DNA from: an uncultured Trueperaceae bacterium | Lineage (GTDB): Bacteria > Deinococcota > Deinococci > Deinococcales > Trueperaceae | Direction of reading: 5' to 3' | Length of the DNA stretch: 64,000 bases | Assembly (NCBI GenBank): GCA_963727505.1 | Contig: CAVSGP010000015.1 | Span: forward strand, 1 to 64,000 | Part shown: one piece after another, positions 10,964 to 22,617 of the stretch | How the letters are laid out: every line of letters begins with the position of its first letter | Numbering within the stretch: position 1 is the first letter of the stretch | The notes under the pieces: model-generated | Told to the model about the DNA's origin: nothing | What the model saw: only the letters and a program-made list of their open reading frames with translations | The model's database searches: none | Position numbers and translations under genes: made by a program

Positions 10964-11785
10964 ATGAGACAGAACGAGCAGGACGAGATCATCATCTCCG
11001 GCGCTACCGCCGTGGCGTTCGTCCGGCGCATGTTCGTCGAGGCGATCCTTTTCGGCCTGATCCTTGGCATAGCCGCGTACGCCGCCAGCAACTGGGTCCT
11101 CCCGCCGCGCTATGTGGCGCAGTCCGTCCTCGTGATCGCGAGCCCGACGAGTCCGTCGGCGCAGTCCGTCGCGTCGTTGATGGACGTGGCGCAGCCGCTC
11201 TCCTTGAACGCCTACCGTGCGGCCGCCACCAGCGACGTCGTGCTCGCGTCCGCACTGAAGTTACTCGCCGTGGAGAAACCGACGTCCGCCCAGATCGGCG
11301 CGCTGCGCCGCCGCCTTCGGGTCCACCCCAGCATCCAAGAGAACGTGGCCACCGACGTACTGATCGTCGACGCCGCCGCCGCGAAGGCCGGCGAGGCGGC
11401 GACGACCGCGAACGCGGTGGCCGCGAGCGTGGTGGCATGGGACCGCGCCCGCTCGAACCAGGTCGTCATCGACACCGTGGCGTCGCTCACCAAGCAGGTG
11501 AAGTCCCTTACGGCCCAGCTCGCCGCCCTTCAAGGCAGCGGCGCGTCCGCGGCGCAGCGCAACGCGGTCGCGTCGGCGCGCGACGACCTGGACGGTAGGT
11601 TGGCTAGGGCCACTGCCCTCCAGGGAGCCGCCGGAAGCAGCCTGAGCGAGATCGGGAAGGCTTCGCCGCCCCCCCGGCCGGCCAGTCCGCGGCCGGTGCT
11701 CTACGCAGTGGTGGCCTTCATCATCGGGTTCTTCCTCACGTACATCGTCGGGCTGTTCCTGACACCCGCCGGCGAGCGCCGCTAG
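10964..11785 (+). CDS. Wzz-like chain-length determinant
   Basis: N- and C-terminal TM, PPRY after TM1, coiled coil, Pro-rich PASPRP before TM2. Confidence 0.7.
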   Translation: MRQNEQDEIIISGATAVAFVRRMFVEAILFGLILGIAAYAASNWVLPPRYVAQSVLVIASPTSPSAQSVASLMDVAQPLSLNAYRAAATSDVVLASALKLLAVEKPTSAQIGALRRRLRVHPSIQENVATDVLIVDAAAAKAGEAATTANAVAASVVAWDRARSNQVVIDTVASLTKQVKSLTAQLAALQGSGASAAQRNAVASARDDLDGRLARATALQGAAGSSLSEIGKASPPPRPASPRPVLYAVVAFIIGFFLTYIVGLFLTPAGERR

Positions 11786-12173
11786 CCGCCACGCGAAGCG
11801 ATGCGGCGCCGCCCGGGGCCGGTACGTCAGCGCCGCCGAGTGGCCTTCGCCACCCCACGCGAGGCGTGTAGGGCCGATACTGTGCTTGACGCCGTAGTGG
11901 TCGATGAGGGCCGAACAGAGCGGCGTCGAAGGTGGTCCGCAGGTCACCACGGCCAAGCCGTAGAGGCCCTCTAATTCAACTCATGACCCGCGGACATACT
12001 TTCGAAGCATCCTGAGGGGTGCACAACCCTTCGGGGGCTATGAAGCCCGTCCTTAACTTGGGCGCCTTGGACGGGCGGAGCCAGTGGCGCAACCGACCGA
12101 GGGTCATTTCTTCTCCCCCATCGTCTTGTCTTGACCCAGGTTCGTACCGTTAGTTTCGGCCTGGCGGCCTGCC

Positions 12174-13786
12174 GTGAGAACCGGTCCCGCCGACGGGTTC
12201 GACGGGAAGAGGCGGATCGTGGGACGAGCGGGATTCGAAGCGCCATCGTGGAGGCTGGGCCTCCGATTGGGCACATGGGTCTTGGTCCTCGCCGCGTTGC
12301 TCTTGATGAGCAGCTGCGGATCCTCGACGAACCCCAGCGGGATCACGTCACCGGCGACCGCATCACCCAGCTCCATCCTGTTCACCCCCACCTCGGCGGT
12401 CGACGCTTGTTCGTCGACATCCGAGACGATGCAGGTGCTCCACGGAAGCCAGGTCCGGGGCGACATCTCGATGGTCATCCCGGCCGGCTCATCGACCAGC
12501 GTTGCGCTCTCGCTCGATGGTTCTTCTACGACTGGAGCGCCGCTCGTCACTCTGAGCAGTGCGCCCTGGTGCGTCCGGCTCGCGACGAGCGGGCTCGCCG
12601 ACGGTGACCATACGGTGCGCGCGGTCATGTCCGGGGACTCTCAACCTGGGTCCGCTGTCCACCACGATCTCGGCCACGTTCGATGTCCAGAACGGGTCGG
12701 CGAGGCCGGTCCCACTCGAGCCGACGCCGCAGCCCGACCTCTATGTGTCGCCATCGGGCTCGGACGCCAACAGCGGCCTCTCGTGGTCGGAGGCGTTCGC
12801 CACCATCGGTAAGGCGGCGAGCGTCGCGCAGCCCGGGGACGCTATCGCGGTCGCCGCGGGGACCTACCACGGCGGCATCATGACCGCCGCGAGCGGCACC
12901 GCCGACAAGCGCATCGTGTTCTTCTCCGCCACGCCACTGGGCGCTCACATCGACGGCAGCGGCAACTACACCGCGTGGGAGAACGATGGCAGCTACGTCG
13001 ACATCGTCGGCTTCGATGTCTCGGGCTCGGACTACCTGGGCATCTTCAACATGGGCTCGTTCGTGCGCGTGATCGGCAACGAGGTGCATCGACCTGGCCG
13101 TGCCGACCTGCAACGCGCCCAACGGCGGCGCCGGCATCGACCAGGCGAACTACCAGGGCCAGGGCAACGAGACGATCGGGAACATCGTTCACGACATCGT
13201 GCCGCCCGGTGCGTTCTGCAACCTGATCCACGGCATCTACCACTCCAACAAGGGTGGGGTGATCTCCAACAACATCGTCTACCACGTCTCCGCCAAGGGC
13301 ATCCAGACGTGGCACGCCGCCACCGGCGTCACCATCACCAACAACCTCGTGTTCGGCAACGACGTGGGCATCAACGTCGCAGGCGACACCGTCCTCGGCG
13401 ACAACTACCTGGTCGCGAACAACATCGTCATGGACAACAACTACGGCATCGTGGAGTTCGGCGCCCAGGTGGGGACGCACAACCGCTACCTCGACAACCT
13501 GATGTGGAACAACACCACCGACTTCCGCCTCATCCACGGCACGCCCGTGGGGACGATCCAGGCCGACCCGCGCCTCATCGACTTCCAACTCGACGGCAGC
13601 GGCTCCTACCGTCCGAGCGCCTCCAGCCCCGTGATCGACGCCGGTACCAGCATCGGGGCGCCGCTCGACGACCTCGAGAACGTCTCTCGGCCACAACTCG
13701 CCAGCATGGATGTCGGCCCCTACGAGTACCAGCAGCCGCTCGTGGCCGTCAACGGCACACAGACCACCACCACAGCCCTTCGCTGA
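12174..13786 (+). CDS. Lipoprotein with a right-handed parallel beta-helix (pectin-lyase-like); frameshifts near 12640 and 13090
   Basis: Lipobox LMSSC; YVSPSGSDANSG..AFATI; Asn-rich NNIV repeats; SPVIDAG and DVGPYE tail; assembled from three ORFs. Confidence 0.75.
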
Positions 13787-13872
13787 CCGTGGCCCCGATA
13801 GGCGCCACGAGCGCATGCGACAGGTCAACCGTGCCGGTGCCAGCGCGAGTAGTCTGATATGTTTGTGAGCCA

Positions 13873-15750
13873 ATGTGTGGGATCGCTGGCATCGTGGACG
13901 GGCGTCAGCCCATGGACCGGATCGCAAGAGCGTTGGCGCGGGCTGACACAGCGCAACGCCATCGCGGTCCGGACGACCACGACGCGCTCGTCGAGCGCAT
14001 GGGCTCCTGGGCGGTCGGGCTCGGCCATCAGCGTCTGTCGATCCTCGACCTGACGGCGGCCGGGCACCAGCCCCTCACCGCGCCTCCGCACGGCAGCGTG
14101 ATCATCTACAACGGCGAGGTGTACAACTACCTCGAGTTGCGAAGCGAACTCGAGGCCGAGGGCGTCGTCTTCGCCAGCGACACCGACACGGAGGTCGTGG
14201 CGGCCGCCGTGGGCGTCTGGGGAATCCGCGACGCGCTGACACGCTTCAACGGCATGTGGGCGTTCGCGCTGCTCGACAGACGCAACGCCAGGCTGACCCT
14301 GGCGCGGGACAGGCTGGGCATCAAGCCGCTCTACTGGTCGTCCACGCCCTCGCGCCTGCTCTTCTCCTCCGAGATCAAGGCGCTGCTCGCCATGAGCGAC
14401 ACCCGGCATCGTCTCGATCCCGGTACGCTGCGCGCCTTCCTCAACCAGTCGCTCATCGACTTCAGCCCTGACACGCTCTTCGGCGACATCGAGCAGCTCC
14501 CGGCGGGGTGCTTCGCCGAGCTCGACCTGTCGGGAGACACCCTCGAGCCCCGCGTCCAACGCTACTGGGAGCCGCCGGTCCTGGCCGGGAGCCCCGAGTC
14601 GGAGGAGGAGCTGGCCGAGGACGTGGCGGCCATCTTCCGCGACGCCGTGCGCCTCCGGCTCAGGAGCGACGTTCCCGTCGGTGTCCTGCTGTCCGGCGGG
14701 CTGGACTCCTCGGCGATCGCGTCGATGGCGTTGCGTTCCGAGGAGGGAGCCCCGCTGACGCTGCTCGCGGCCGTCAGCAGCGACCCGCGTTTCGATGAAT
14801 CCGAGCATGTGCGACGCGTGGCCGACTACCTGGGCCGGCCCGCCCACGAGGTGCCCATCGACCTCACGCCGGAGTCCGCCTTCGAGCTGGTCGAGACCGC
14901 CACCTGGCACAACGACGTCCCGCTGAACAGCCTCTCGAACATCGCCCACTACAAGCTCATGGAAGCGGCCCGCGACCTCGGCGTGACCGTGATCCTCAGC
15001 GGCCAGGGCGCCGACGAGCTGCTCTGCGGCTACAAGAAGTACTTCGCCTTCTACCTCCAGGACCTGATCCGCAAGGGGAAGCCCCTCGCCGCCGGCATGG
15101 CGGCGCTCTCCTCGGCCGTCCAGGGAACCGTCATCCGCCAGTTCAACGTCCGCGAGGCCCGCCGCTACCTGCCCTCGTGGACCGACCGTCGGCAGAGTCT
15201 GGCGGGCCCGGCGCTGGCGACGCTGCCCGACGTCGACCTGGGCTTCGCCCGCGGCATGACCATGCAGGACCGCCAGGCGAGAGACCTGACCGCGCTGTCG
15301 GTGCCCCACCTCAATCACACCGAGGACCGCATGTCGATGGCGTTCAGCCGTGAGATCCGGTTGCCGTTCCTCGACGTGCGCCTCGTCGAGCGCCTCCTCC
15401 CGCTGGACGCCCGCTGGAAGATCCGTAACGGCTGGACCAAGTACATCTTCCGGAAGGCGACCGAGGGCGTGCTACCGCGTGGCACCGCGTGGCGCAAGGA
15501 CAAGCGTGGGTTCACCGTTCCGCAGAGCGTCTGGCTCAGGGGCCGCCTGCGCGATCGCGTCTTGGAGACCTTCGACGCGTCAGCACTGATCTTCCAGTAC
15601 GGTCTGGTCGACCGGCCGGCGCTGCTCGCCACGTACCGCCGCTACCTGGCGGAGACCGAGGCACGGGGCACGGTAGCGTTCCGCGATGTCTTCGCGCCCC
15701 TCGCCCTGGAGATCTGGCTTCAGACGTTCGAGCGCTTCATCGAGTCCTGA
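13873..15750 (+). CDS. asnB: Asparagine synthase-like glutamine amidotransferase (likely sugar amidation)
   Basis: MCGIAG, HRGPD, NGEVYNY, LSGGLDSS, SGQGADE, RLPFLD. Confidence 0.92.
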   Translation: MCGIAGIVDGRQPMDRIARALARADTAQRHRGPDDHDALVERMGSWAVGLGHQRLSILDLTAAGHQPLTAPPHGSVIIYNGEVYNYLELRSELEAEGVVFASDTDTEVVAAAVGVWGIRDALTRFNGMWAFALLDRRNARLTLARDRLGIKPLYWSSTPSRLLFSSEIKALLAMSDTRHRLDPGTLRAFLNQSLIDFSPDTLFGDIEQLPAGCFAELDLSGDTLEPRVQRYWEPPVLAGSPESEEELAEDVAAIFRDAVRLRLRSDVPVGVLLSGGLDSSAIASMALRSEEGAPLTLLAAVSSDPRFDESEHVRRVADYLGRPAHEVPIDLTPESAFELVETATWHNDVPLNSLSNIAHYKLMEAARDLGVTVILSGQGADELLCGYKKYFAFYLQDLIRKGKPLAAGMAALSSAVQGTVIRQFNVREARRYLPSWTDRRQSLAGPALATLPDVDLGFARGMTMQDRQARDLTALSVPHLNHTEDRMSMAFSREIRLPFLDVRLVERLLPLDARWKIRNGWTKYIFRKATEGVLPRGTAWRKDKRGFTVPQSVWLRGRLRDRVLETFDASALIFQYGLVDRPALLATYRRYLAETEARGTVAFRDVFAPLALEIWLQTFERFIES

Positions 15751-15801
15751 CGGGCGCTCCTGGCGGCGCTCCGCAGGCCCCCAGGCAGGTCAGTGACGCG
15801 A

Positions 15802-17128
15802 TCAGGCCGAGCGCCGTTCGGGACCTTGCCGCCGGCGCGCCGTGCGGCGGTCCCGGCGCACCGGGAGGCTGGCATACCTGGGGTCGGTCAGTCCCTGGTA
15901 CCAAGCGTCGACCGTGAGCGTGCGAAGGCCGCGGGCACCGATGTAGGCCATCAGCGCCGCGAAGTCTCGGGTCGGCCAGTCCACGCGCGTCGACGGCTCG
16001 TCCACGATGTTGTGGAAGACCAGGAAGCAGGTGGCGTCACGCCGCACGCAGGCATCGACGTAGCCCTGGCTCTGCGCCAGGGTCACGCCGTCGCCCACCG
16101 GGAACCCCATGAGCTGACGCGCCTCCTGGCGACCGGCCGGAGGCGCGTACTGCGGCCCCCCGCGGGTGGTTCGGCCGGTCTCCATACCGAGTGCGGTCAT
16201 GACGCTCAGCACGCTGGCGTCATAGCTGCCGAAGGGATAGGCCGCGTGGTAGGCGGAGCGCTCGTAGCCGCGTTCCACGAGCCACTCGAGGCAGCCGCGA
16301 AGCTCCGCTTCGACCTCTGCGGGCGTGGCGAGGGCCTTCAAGTCCGCGTGGTGGACGGTGTGGTTGCCGACCGCCCAACCGTCGGCGTAGAGGGCGTCGA
16401 GCTGCGCCGAGGTGACCCGGTCCGGGCGCCGATCTGTCGCGGATGACGTAGGTGGTGGCGACGATCCCGTGGCTCGCGAGGATCGGGCGGGCGGTGGTGA
16501 ACTGCGAGAGATGGCCGTCGTCGAAGGTGACCACCACCGACGGGCGATGCGCCTCGTTCATGACGAGGCTATCGAAGGTGGCGCTGCCGACCTGTCCGGG
16601 CTGGCTGAAGACCCGGACCATGATCGCCGTCATGGCCTGCCAGGCATCGCCGTGCACCGAGGCGAAGTCGTCCCGAACCACGTCCACCAGGTTCCATCCC
16701 TCGACGACGTCGTCCGGGCTGTACCACAGCCACCGCTTCCACGGCTGCGAGCTGAGGTCCAGCTCGATGCCCTTGACCCCCGCATCGACGTGGACCCACA
16801 GCCGCAGCCGCCGGCACGAGCTCATGTCCATGTCGAGCCTCCGCCAGACCTTGGCGACGCCCCCCTTCGATCCGGCCGTGACCTTCGTCGAGCGCGCCCC
16901 CCGAACATGGGACACGTCGGGCTCGATGACGGCCCCGCTGCCGTAGTCGATGAAGCCGCCCTCGAAGGCGGCCACCAGGGCCCCTTGCTCTGCCGGTAGT
17001 TCCTGGGTAGCGGCGTCCTGGGCGTCACAGATGAATGGGTTGGACCGGGCAGGCGAGCGCGCCGTCCTGGGCCCGCGCGCCACAATCCGCACGTAGTCGG
17101 GGATGCCCTTGAAGACGTAGAGCGCCAC
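15802..17128 (-). CDS. Polysaccharide deacetylase with an N-terminal carbohydrate-binding-like region; frameshift near 16430
   Basis: VTFDDG; HAAYPFG and LVFHNIV in the following frame; start uncertain. Confidence 0.72.
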
Positions 17129-17611
17129 GCCGTCGTGGTGACCGCCCCGCGGCTCCGGGAGGGGTTACCCGACCGGACGTGGAAGCAAGGCGCGCACTCC
17201 ACTCGTCAGCGTGCCCAGCCCACCTCCCAGCTCCCGACGCTGATGGCGGAGGTCGCTACCTCCACCAGGAGGGCGTTGAAGCCGTGGCAGTCGACCCCCC
17301 GCTTGCGGCCGTGGCGGTGATGGCTTCGTGCGCCACCGTGACGCCCCCCTTGCTTGCCTGGCGACGTCGATGCTGTCGAGGTCGCTGGACAGGTCGTTCC
17401 GAGCGTCACGTCCAGGTTGCCGTGCGCGTGGGTGTCGCCTCGACGCCCGACGGGCTGCCCATGGCGCGAACGGCCGAGTCGGCCTGCGTGAACTGCGGCA
17501 CGGGTTCGCGTCCGCTCCGTAGAGACCGCGGGCTGCCCTCCCGGCACGCGCGCCGCGCGAGCGCCGAGCTCCGCGCCGACTCCCTGCACCGCCCGCACGC
17601 GAGCAGCGCAC

Positions 17612-18950
17612 CTACCGTGCGGCACAGAGCATGCGGATCAGCGCGCCGGTCCCGTCCCTCAGGGATGTCGAACATCGAACCACCTCCCCAGCGGGGCATC
17701 GCGCGGGCCACTCACGCCGCCCTCGTTGCCCGTCGCGGATGACGTCGCTCAGGACCCCCTCGACCCGTCGCGCGAGGTCGGCCACGTCGTGATGCCGCTC
17801 CACGTACGCCCGACCGCGGAGGCCCATCGAGCGCCGCTCCTCAGGCGTCATCGCCATCACGTTCCGGATGGCATCGGCCATCGCCCGTGGGTCCTTCGGG
17901 GGAACCGTGATCCCGGCACCGGCGGCCCGCACCGGATCGCTCGATGCCTCGAGCCCCGCGATGATCGGTCGCGCCATCGCCATGTAGTCGAAGAATTTGT
18001 TGAAGCTCACCCCGTGGCGGTAGAGCGGCGTGGGCAGGGAGCTCACCACGAACGCATCGGCCCGCGCGAGCTCGCCGAAGATCTGCGCCTTGGGCACGGC
18101 ATCGAGGAAGCGGACGATGCCGATCCCCTCGTCACGAGCACGTTGCGCGAGCCGGGCCTTCTCGACGCCGTCGCCCAGCAGCTCGAACCGCGGAGCGCCG
18201 CCGCCCAGCTCCTCCTCCAGCAACTTCGCGGCGTCCAGGACGGTGTCGAGGGCGTTGGCGATGCCGTGGCTGCCGGCGTACATGACGGTGAACCCGTCGT
18301 GCGCCGGCGCCGGCGCCGGCGTGGGCGCGGCGCGCAGGTCGATGCCGTTGGGGATGTAATGGACGTGCTCGCGGCGCGCACCGCCGGCGACGATGTGATC
18401 GATCGCGTCCGGCAGGAGCGAGATCACGGCCGCTGCGCGCCGGTAGAGGTGGCGCTCCACGGACGTCAGCGCCCGCACGACCGGGTGATCCGGCGCATAG
18501 CCTCCGAGGTCCACGAGCGACTGCGGCCACACGTCGCGTACCTCGAGGACGAACGGCACGCGCAGCCGCCGGGCCAGTCGCTGCGCGCCCCAGGCGCCGA
18601 AGAGATGCGGGCTCGAGCCGATGACGACGTCGGGCCTCGGCAGGTCCTTCGTGCCGACGCCGGTACGCACGCGATCTCCGAAACGCAGCATGCTCCACAC
18701 CCGGGCCCGCGAGTTGCCCTCGTAGGCGGGCACGCGCAGCCACAGGAAGTCCACGCCGTCGCGGCGGCCCGTGCGCCAGCGCTCCCCCGGTCGCAGGATG
18801 CTGTCGGTGCGTGCGCCGTGGTGGTCGAAGCTCGATGCGATCAGGACGACCTCGTGCCCGACGGCTCAGCTCGCGCGCCAGCTGGTGATGCCGTGGAGGA
18901 CCCGCCATGCTCGGGGGCACGGCGTACTGGTTCACCAGCCACACCTTCAC
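17612..18950 (-). CDS. GT4 glycosyltransferase (WbuB-like); frameshifted near 18770-18870
   Basis: VKVWLVNQYAVPP N-terminus; SSPHLF, EVRDVWP, IPNGID, NKFFDYMA. Confidence 0.85.
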
Positions 18951-20068
18951 GCCGGAGCCCCCAGCAGCCGGTGGTACAGAGCCACCAGAGTGCGCCCCTC
19001 GGCCTCCCAGTTGTAGTCCGTCAGGACCGCCTCCTTGCCGCGACGGCCCATCGCCTCCGCCTCGTCCGGATGGGCGAAGACCCACTCGATCGCCTCCGCG
19101 ATCGCCGCCGGGTCCATGGGATCGACCAGCAGCCCGCACCCGGCTCCCTCGACGACGCGGCGCCAGACCGGGAAATCGGAGGCCACGACGGGAAGGCCGG
19201 CCGCCATGTACTCGAAGAGCTTCACGGGATAGGCTCAATGTATGCGGGCGTAGGATGCAGCGTCACCATACCGACACGAGCCTGCGAGCACGCTCGCAAC
19301 ACCTGCGCGGTCCAGCCATCCGACCGCCTTTACGCGCTCCCATCCCGTCAGGCCCGCGAGCCGCGCGGCGCTTTCGGGGCTCGAACTCACCCGCCAGCAC
19401 CAGCGCGGCGTTCTCGCCCGGGGGCAGCTCGATAGCGCGACCATCTCCCGCGCGCCGCGAGAAGCGGTGATGCCACCGACGTAAATGGCGTCGTACGGCC
19501 GCGCGCGTAGGGACGGGCCCCATCCAGCGAGAGCTCGCCCAGAATCGGGAAGTTCCGTACGAGGACCGTGCTTCGCGCTGGGAAGCGAGCGCGATATCTC
19601 GGGGTCGCCCAGACGACGGCGTTGAGACACGCACGGCAACGGCCTCGACGCCGCCGGCTGCGGCGCGACCAGCCAACGGAGCCACGCAGGGATCCAGGCC
19701 TTGTCGAGCACGTCACGCGGCAGGTCCTCATGCACGTCGTAGATGACACGCTTCCCGCGCAGCCGCAGCACCAGGCCCACCGGGATCAGCTCCGGATCGT
19801 GGAAGTGGTACACGTCGCCGTCGAGCTCGGTCGCGCGGCGCAGCACGTCCCGGCCGCTCCTCCAGAAGCGCGCGAGGCGACGCCCCGCCTTCGCAATGGG
19901 AACCACGCGGACGCCGTCCACCGTCTCCTCACGGTCGTGCGGCGCCACGAGCACGACGTCGAATCCGGCGGCAAGGAGCGTCCGGCACTCCTTGTGGAAG
20001 ATCCGCGAGTCGAACGGTCGGTGGACGCTCGTCAGGTGAACGGCTCTCGGCCGCGCACGGTCAGGCAT
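18947..20068 (-). CDS. GT4 glycosyltransferase; several frameshifts
   Basis: HLTSVHRPFDSRIFHKE, YHFHDPEL, YDVHED; C-terminal KLFEYMAAGLPVVASDF. Confidence 0.85.
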
Positions 20069-20073
20069 GGCGC

Positions 20074-21308
20074 TTACCGTTGGACCGCTTCGTACGGTCC
20101 GATGTCGATGCCCTTGCCCTGCGGTCGCGGCGTGCCGAGGATGTCGAGGGGCGGGGCTCCCTGGCTGGTTCCCGCGTCGATCGCCGGGCTGGAAGCGCTC
20201 GGCCGGAGGTCGAGGCCCTCGCCGAGCCGGAGGTCGATGAGGCGCGGGTCGGCGTGGATCGTCCCGACCGGCTTGCCGTGGATGAGGTCGAAGTCCGTGC
20301 CGTTGCGCCACAGGAGGTTGTTCAGGTAGCGGTTGTGCGTCCCCACTGCGCGCCGTACTCGATGATGCCGTAGGTGTTGTCCATGACGATGTTGTTGGCG
20401 ACCAGGTAGTGGTCTCCCATCACCCGGTCCCCCGCCACGTTGATGCCGACGTGGCTGTCGAACACGAGGTTGTTGGTGATGGTGACGCCGGTGGCGTAGT
20501 GCCACGTCTGGATCGCCTTGGCAGAGACGTGGTAGACGATGTTGTTGGCGATCAACCCGCCCTTGTTGGAGTGGTAGATGCCGTGGATCAGGTTGCAGTA
20601 CGGACCGGGCGGCACGATGTCGTGAACGATGTTCCCGATGGTCTCGTTGCCCTGGCCCTGGTAGTTCCCCTGGTCGATGCCGGCGCCGCCGATCGGGGAA
20701 TCGCACGACGGCACGGCCAGGTCGTGCACGTCGTTGCCGATCACGCGCACGAACGAGCCCATGTTGAAGATGCCCAGGTAGTCCGAATGCCTGACGTCGA
20801 AACCGACGATGTCGACGTAGCTGCCATTGTTCTTCCAGGCGGTGTCGTGGCCGCTGCCGTCGATGTGAGCGCCCAGTGGCGTGGCGGAGAAGAACACGAT
20901 GCGCTTGTCGGCCGTGCCGCTCGCGGTGGTCACGATGCCGCCGGGGTAGGTCCCCGGCGCGACGACGATGGCGTCCCCGGGCTGCGCGACGCTCGCCGCC
21001 TTGCCGATGGTGGCGAACGCCTCCGACCACGAGGTGCCGCGGTGCGCATCGGATCCCGAGGGCGATACGAAAAGGGTGGCCTTCGCGGGCACCCACGGTC
21101 CCCACACGTCGTACATCTGCCCTGGTCCGGACACGCCGGCCATGGACGAGCCCATGACCAGCGCGACACCGATGGCGAGGAGTACGAAGCGCAGGAGACG
21201 GGGGCCGCCACCGGGGCGACGCAGGACCACCGAACCGGCAACGGCGCGGCGCGGCGGACGGGTCGCAACACTCGCGTGCGCTCCCCTCTCCGCCCCTGGC
21301 TCAGGCAC
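20074..21308 (-). CDS. Secreted right-handed beta-helix protein, paralog of 12174-13786; frameshift near 20345
   Basis: Hydrophobic N-terminal segment; FVSPSGSD..AFATI; NNIV repeats; SPAIDAG..DIGPYE. Confidence 0.8.
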
Positions 21309-22617
21309 CGCGGACGGCAACACCGGCTGGCGTGGCCCGCGTGACGTTCCGCGTATCCAGAAGCTTCGCCGCGTGGCGGTTGAGGATATCCATGTCGAAG
21401 GCGCTGTGCGCCGTCAACACGACCACCGCGTCGGCACGCTCGACTTCCTCGTCCGACAGCGTCGCGACCCCTTGCAGCTCACGGCCCGCGATGTTCAGCG
21501 TCGGAACGTACGGGTCAACGAAGCGCACATCGGCGCCGCGCTCCAGCAGGCCCTCCATCACCAGCAGCGCCGGGCTCTCACGCAGGTCCGGCACGTCCGG
21601 CTTGTAGGTCACGCCGACCGCGAGGATCCGCGCTCCACGCATCGACAGGCCGCGCTCGTTGAGGAGCTCCATCACCTGGTAGGTCGTGTAGCGCGGCATC
21701 TCCATGTTGATCTGATCGGCCAGGGCCACCAGCCTCGGCTCGAAGCCGGAGAGCCTGGCCTTGAACACCAGGTACTGGGGATCGAGCGGGATGCAATGAC
21801 CTCCGATGCCCGGGCCCGGGTAGAACGGCATGAAGCCGAACGGCTTCGTGCTGGCCGCCTCGATCACTTCCCAGACGCTGACGCCCAGCGCGTCGCAGAT
21901 CTGCTTGAACTCGTTGGCGAGCGCGATGTTCACGTTGCGGAACGTGTTCTCGAGCAGCTTGGACAACTCCGCCACGCGCGCCGAGGACACCCGGAACACC
22001 TGATCGAACACGCCGGCGTAGAGCGCCTCCGCAAGGTCTCCGCTGACCTCGCTCACGCCTCCGACCACCTTCGGGATGTTGTGGAGGCGGTATTGGCGGT
22101 TGCCCGGGTCCACACGCTCGCTGCTGAAGGCCAGGAAGAAGTCCGTGCCCTCCTCGAGGCCCTTCTCCTGCAGCCGGCTCAGCAGATACTCGTCGGTCGT
22201 GCCTGGGTAGGTCGTCGACTCCAGGACGACGAGCTTGCCCCGGCCCAGCCTCGGCAGGAGGGACGTCAGGGCACTCTCGATGTACGAGAGGTCGGGCTGC
22301 CGCGTCTTGGAGAGCGGAGTCGGCACGCAGATCAGCACGACGTCCGCCGCCTCGAGCGCGTCGGCGTCCGCGGACACGCTCAGGGCGCCCGTCGACAGGG
22401 CCCCGGACAGGTCCTCGTTCGTGACGTCGATGATCGGCGACGTTCCGGCGCGGAGCAGGGCGACGTGACGCGCGTCGACGTCGAACCCGATGACGGGGAA
22501 CCCGGCCCGGATGAAAGCCAGGGCCAACGGTAGGCCCACGTACCCCATGCCGATGACGCCAACCGTACTTTGGCGCGCCTGGATCCGCTGCATAAGGCTT
22601 GAAGCTGTCGTGACCAC
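21301..22617 (-). CDS. Nucleotide-sugar 6-dehydrogenase, WbpA-like
   Basis: GMGYVGLP, CVPTPL, ESTTYPGTT, KLLENTFR, GIGGHCIPLDP; start 22617 or 22593. Confidence 0.92.
   Translation of the reverse strand: MVTTASSLMQRIQARQSTVGVIGMGYVGLPLALAFIRAGFPVIGFDVDARHVALLRAGTSPIIDVTNEDLSGALSTGALSVSADADALEAADVVLICVPTPLSKTRQPDLSYIESALTSLLPRLGRGKLVVLESTTYPGTTDEYLLSRLQEKGLEEGTDFFLAFSSERVDPGNRQYRLHNIPKVVGGVSEVSGDLAEALYAGVFDQVFRVSSARVAELSKLLENTFRNVNIALANEFKQICDALGVSVWEVIEAASTKPFGFMPFYPGPGIGGHCIPLDPQYLVFKARLSGFEPRLVALADQINMEMPRYTTYQVMELLNERGLSMRGARILAVGVTYKPDVPDLRESPALLVMEGLLERGADVRFVDPYVPTLNIAGRELQGVATLSDEEVERADAVVVLTAHSAFDMDILNRHAAKLLDTRNVTRATPAGVAVRGA

Noticed and set aside
9409..11598. 729-aa ORF as one large protein
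   Set aside because: It is the deacetylase N-terminus joined to out-of-frame sequence by the indel near 10680
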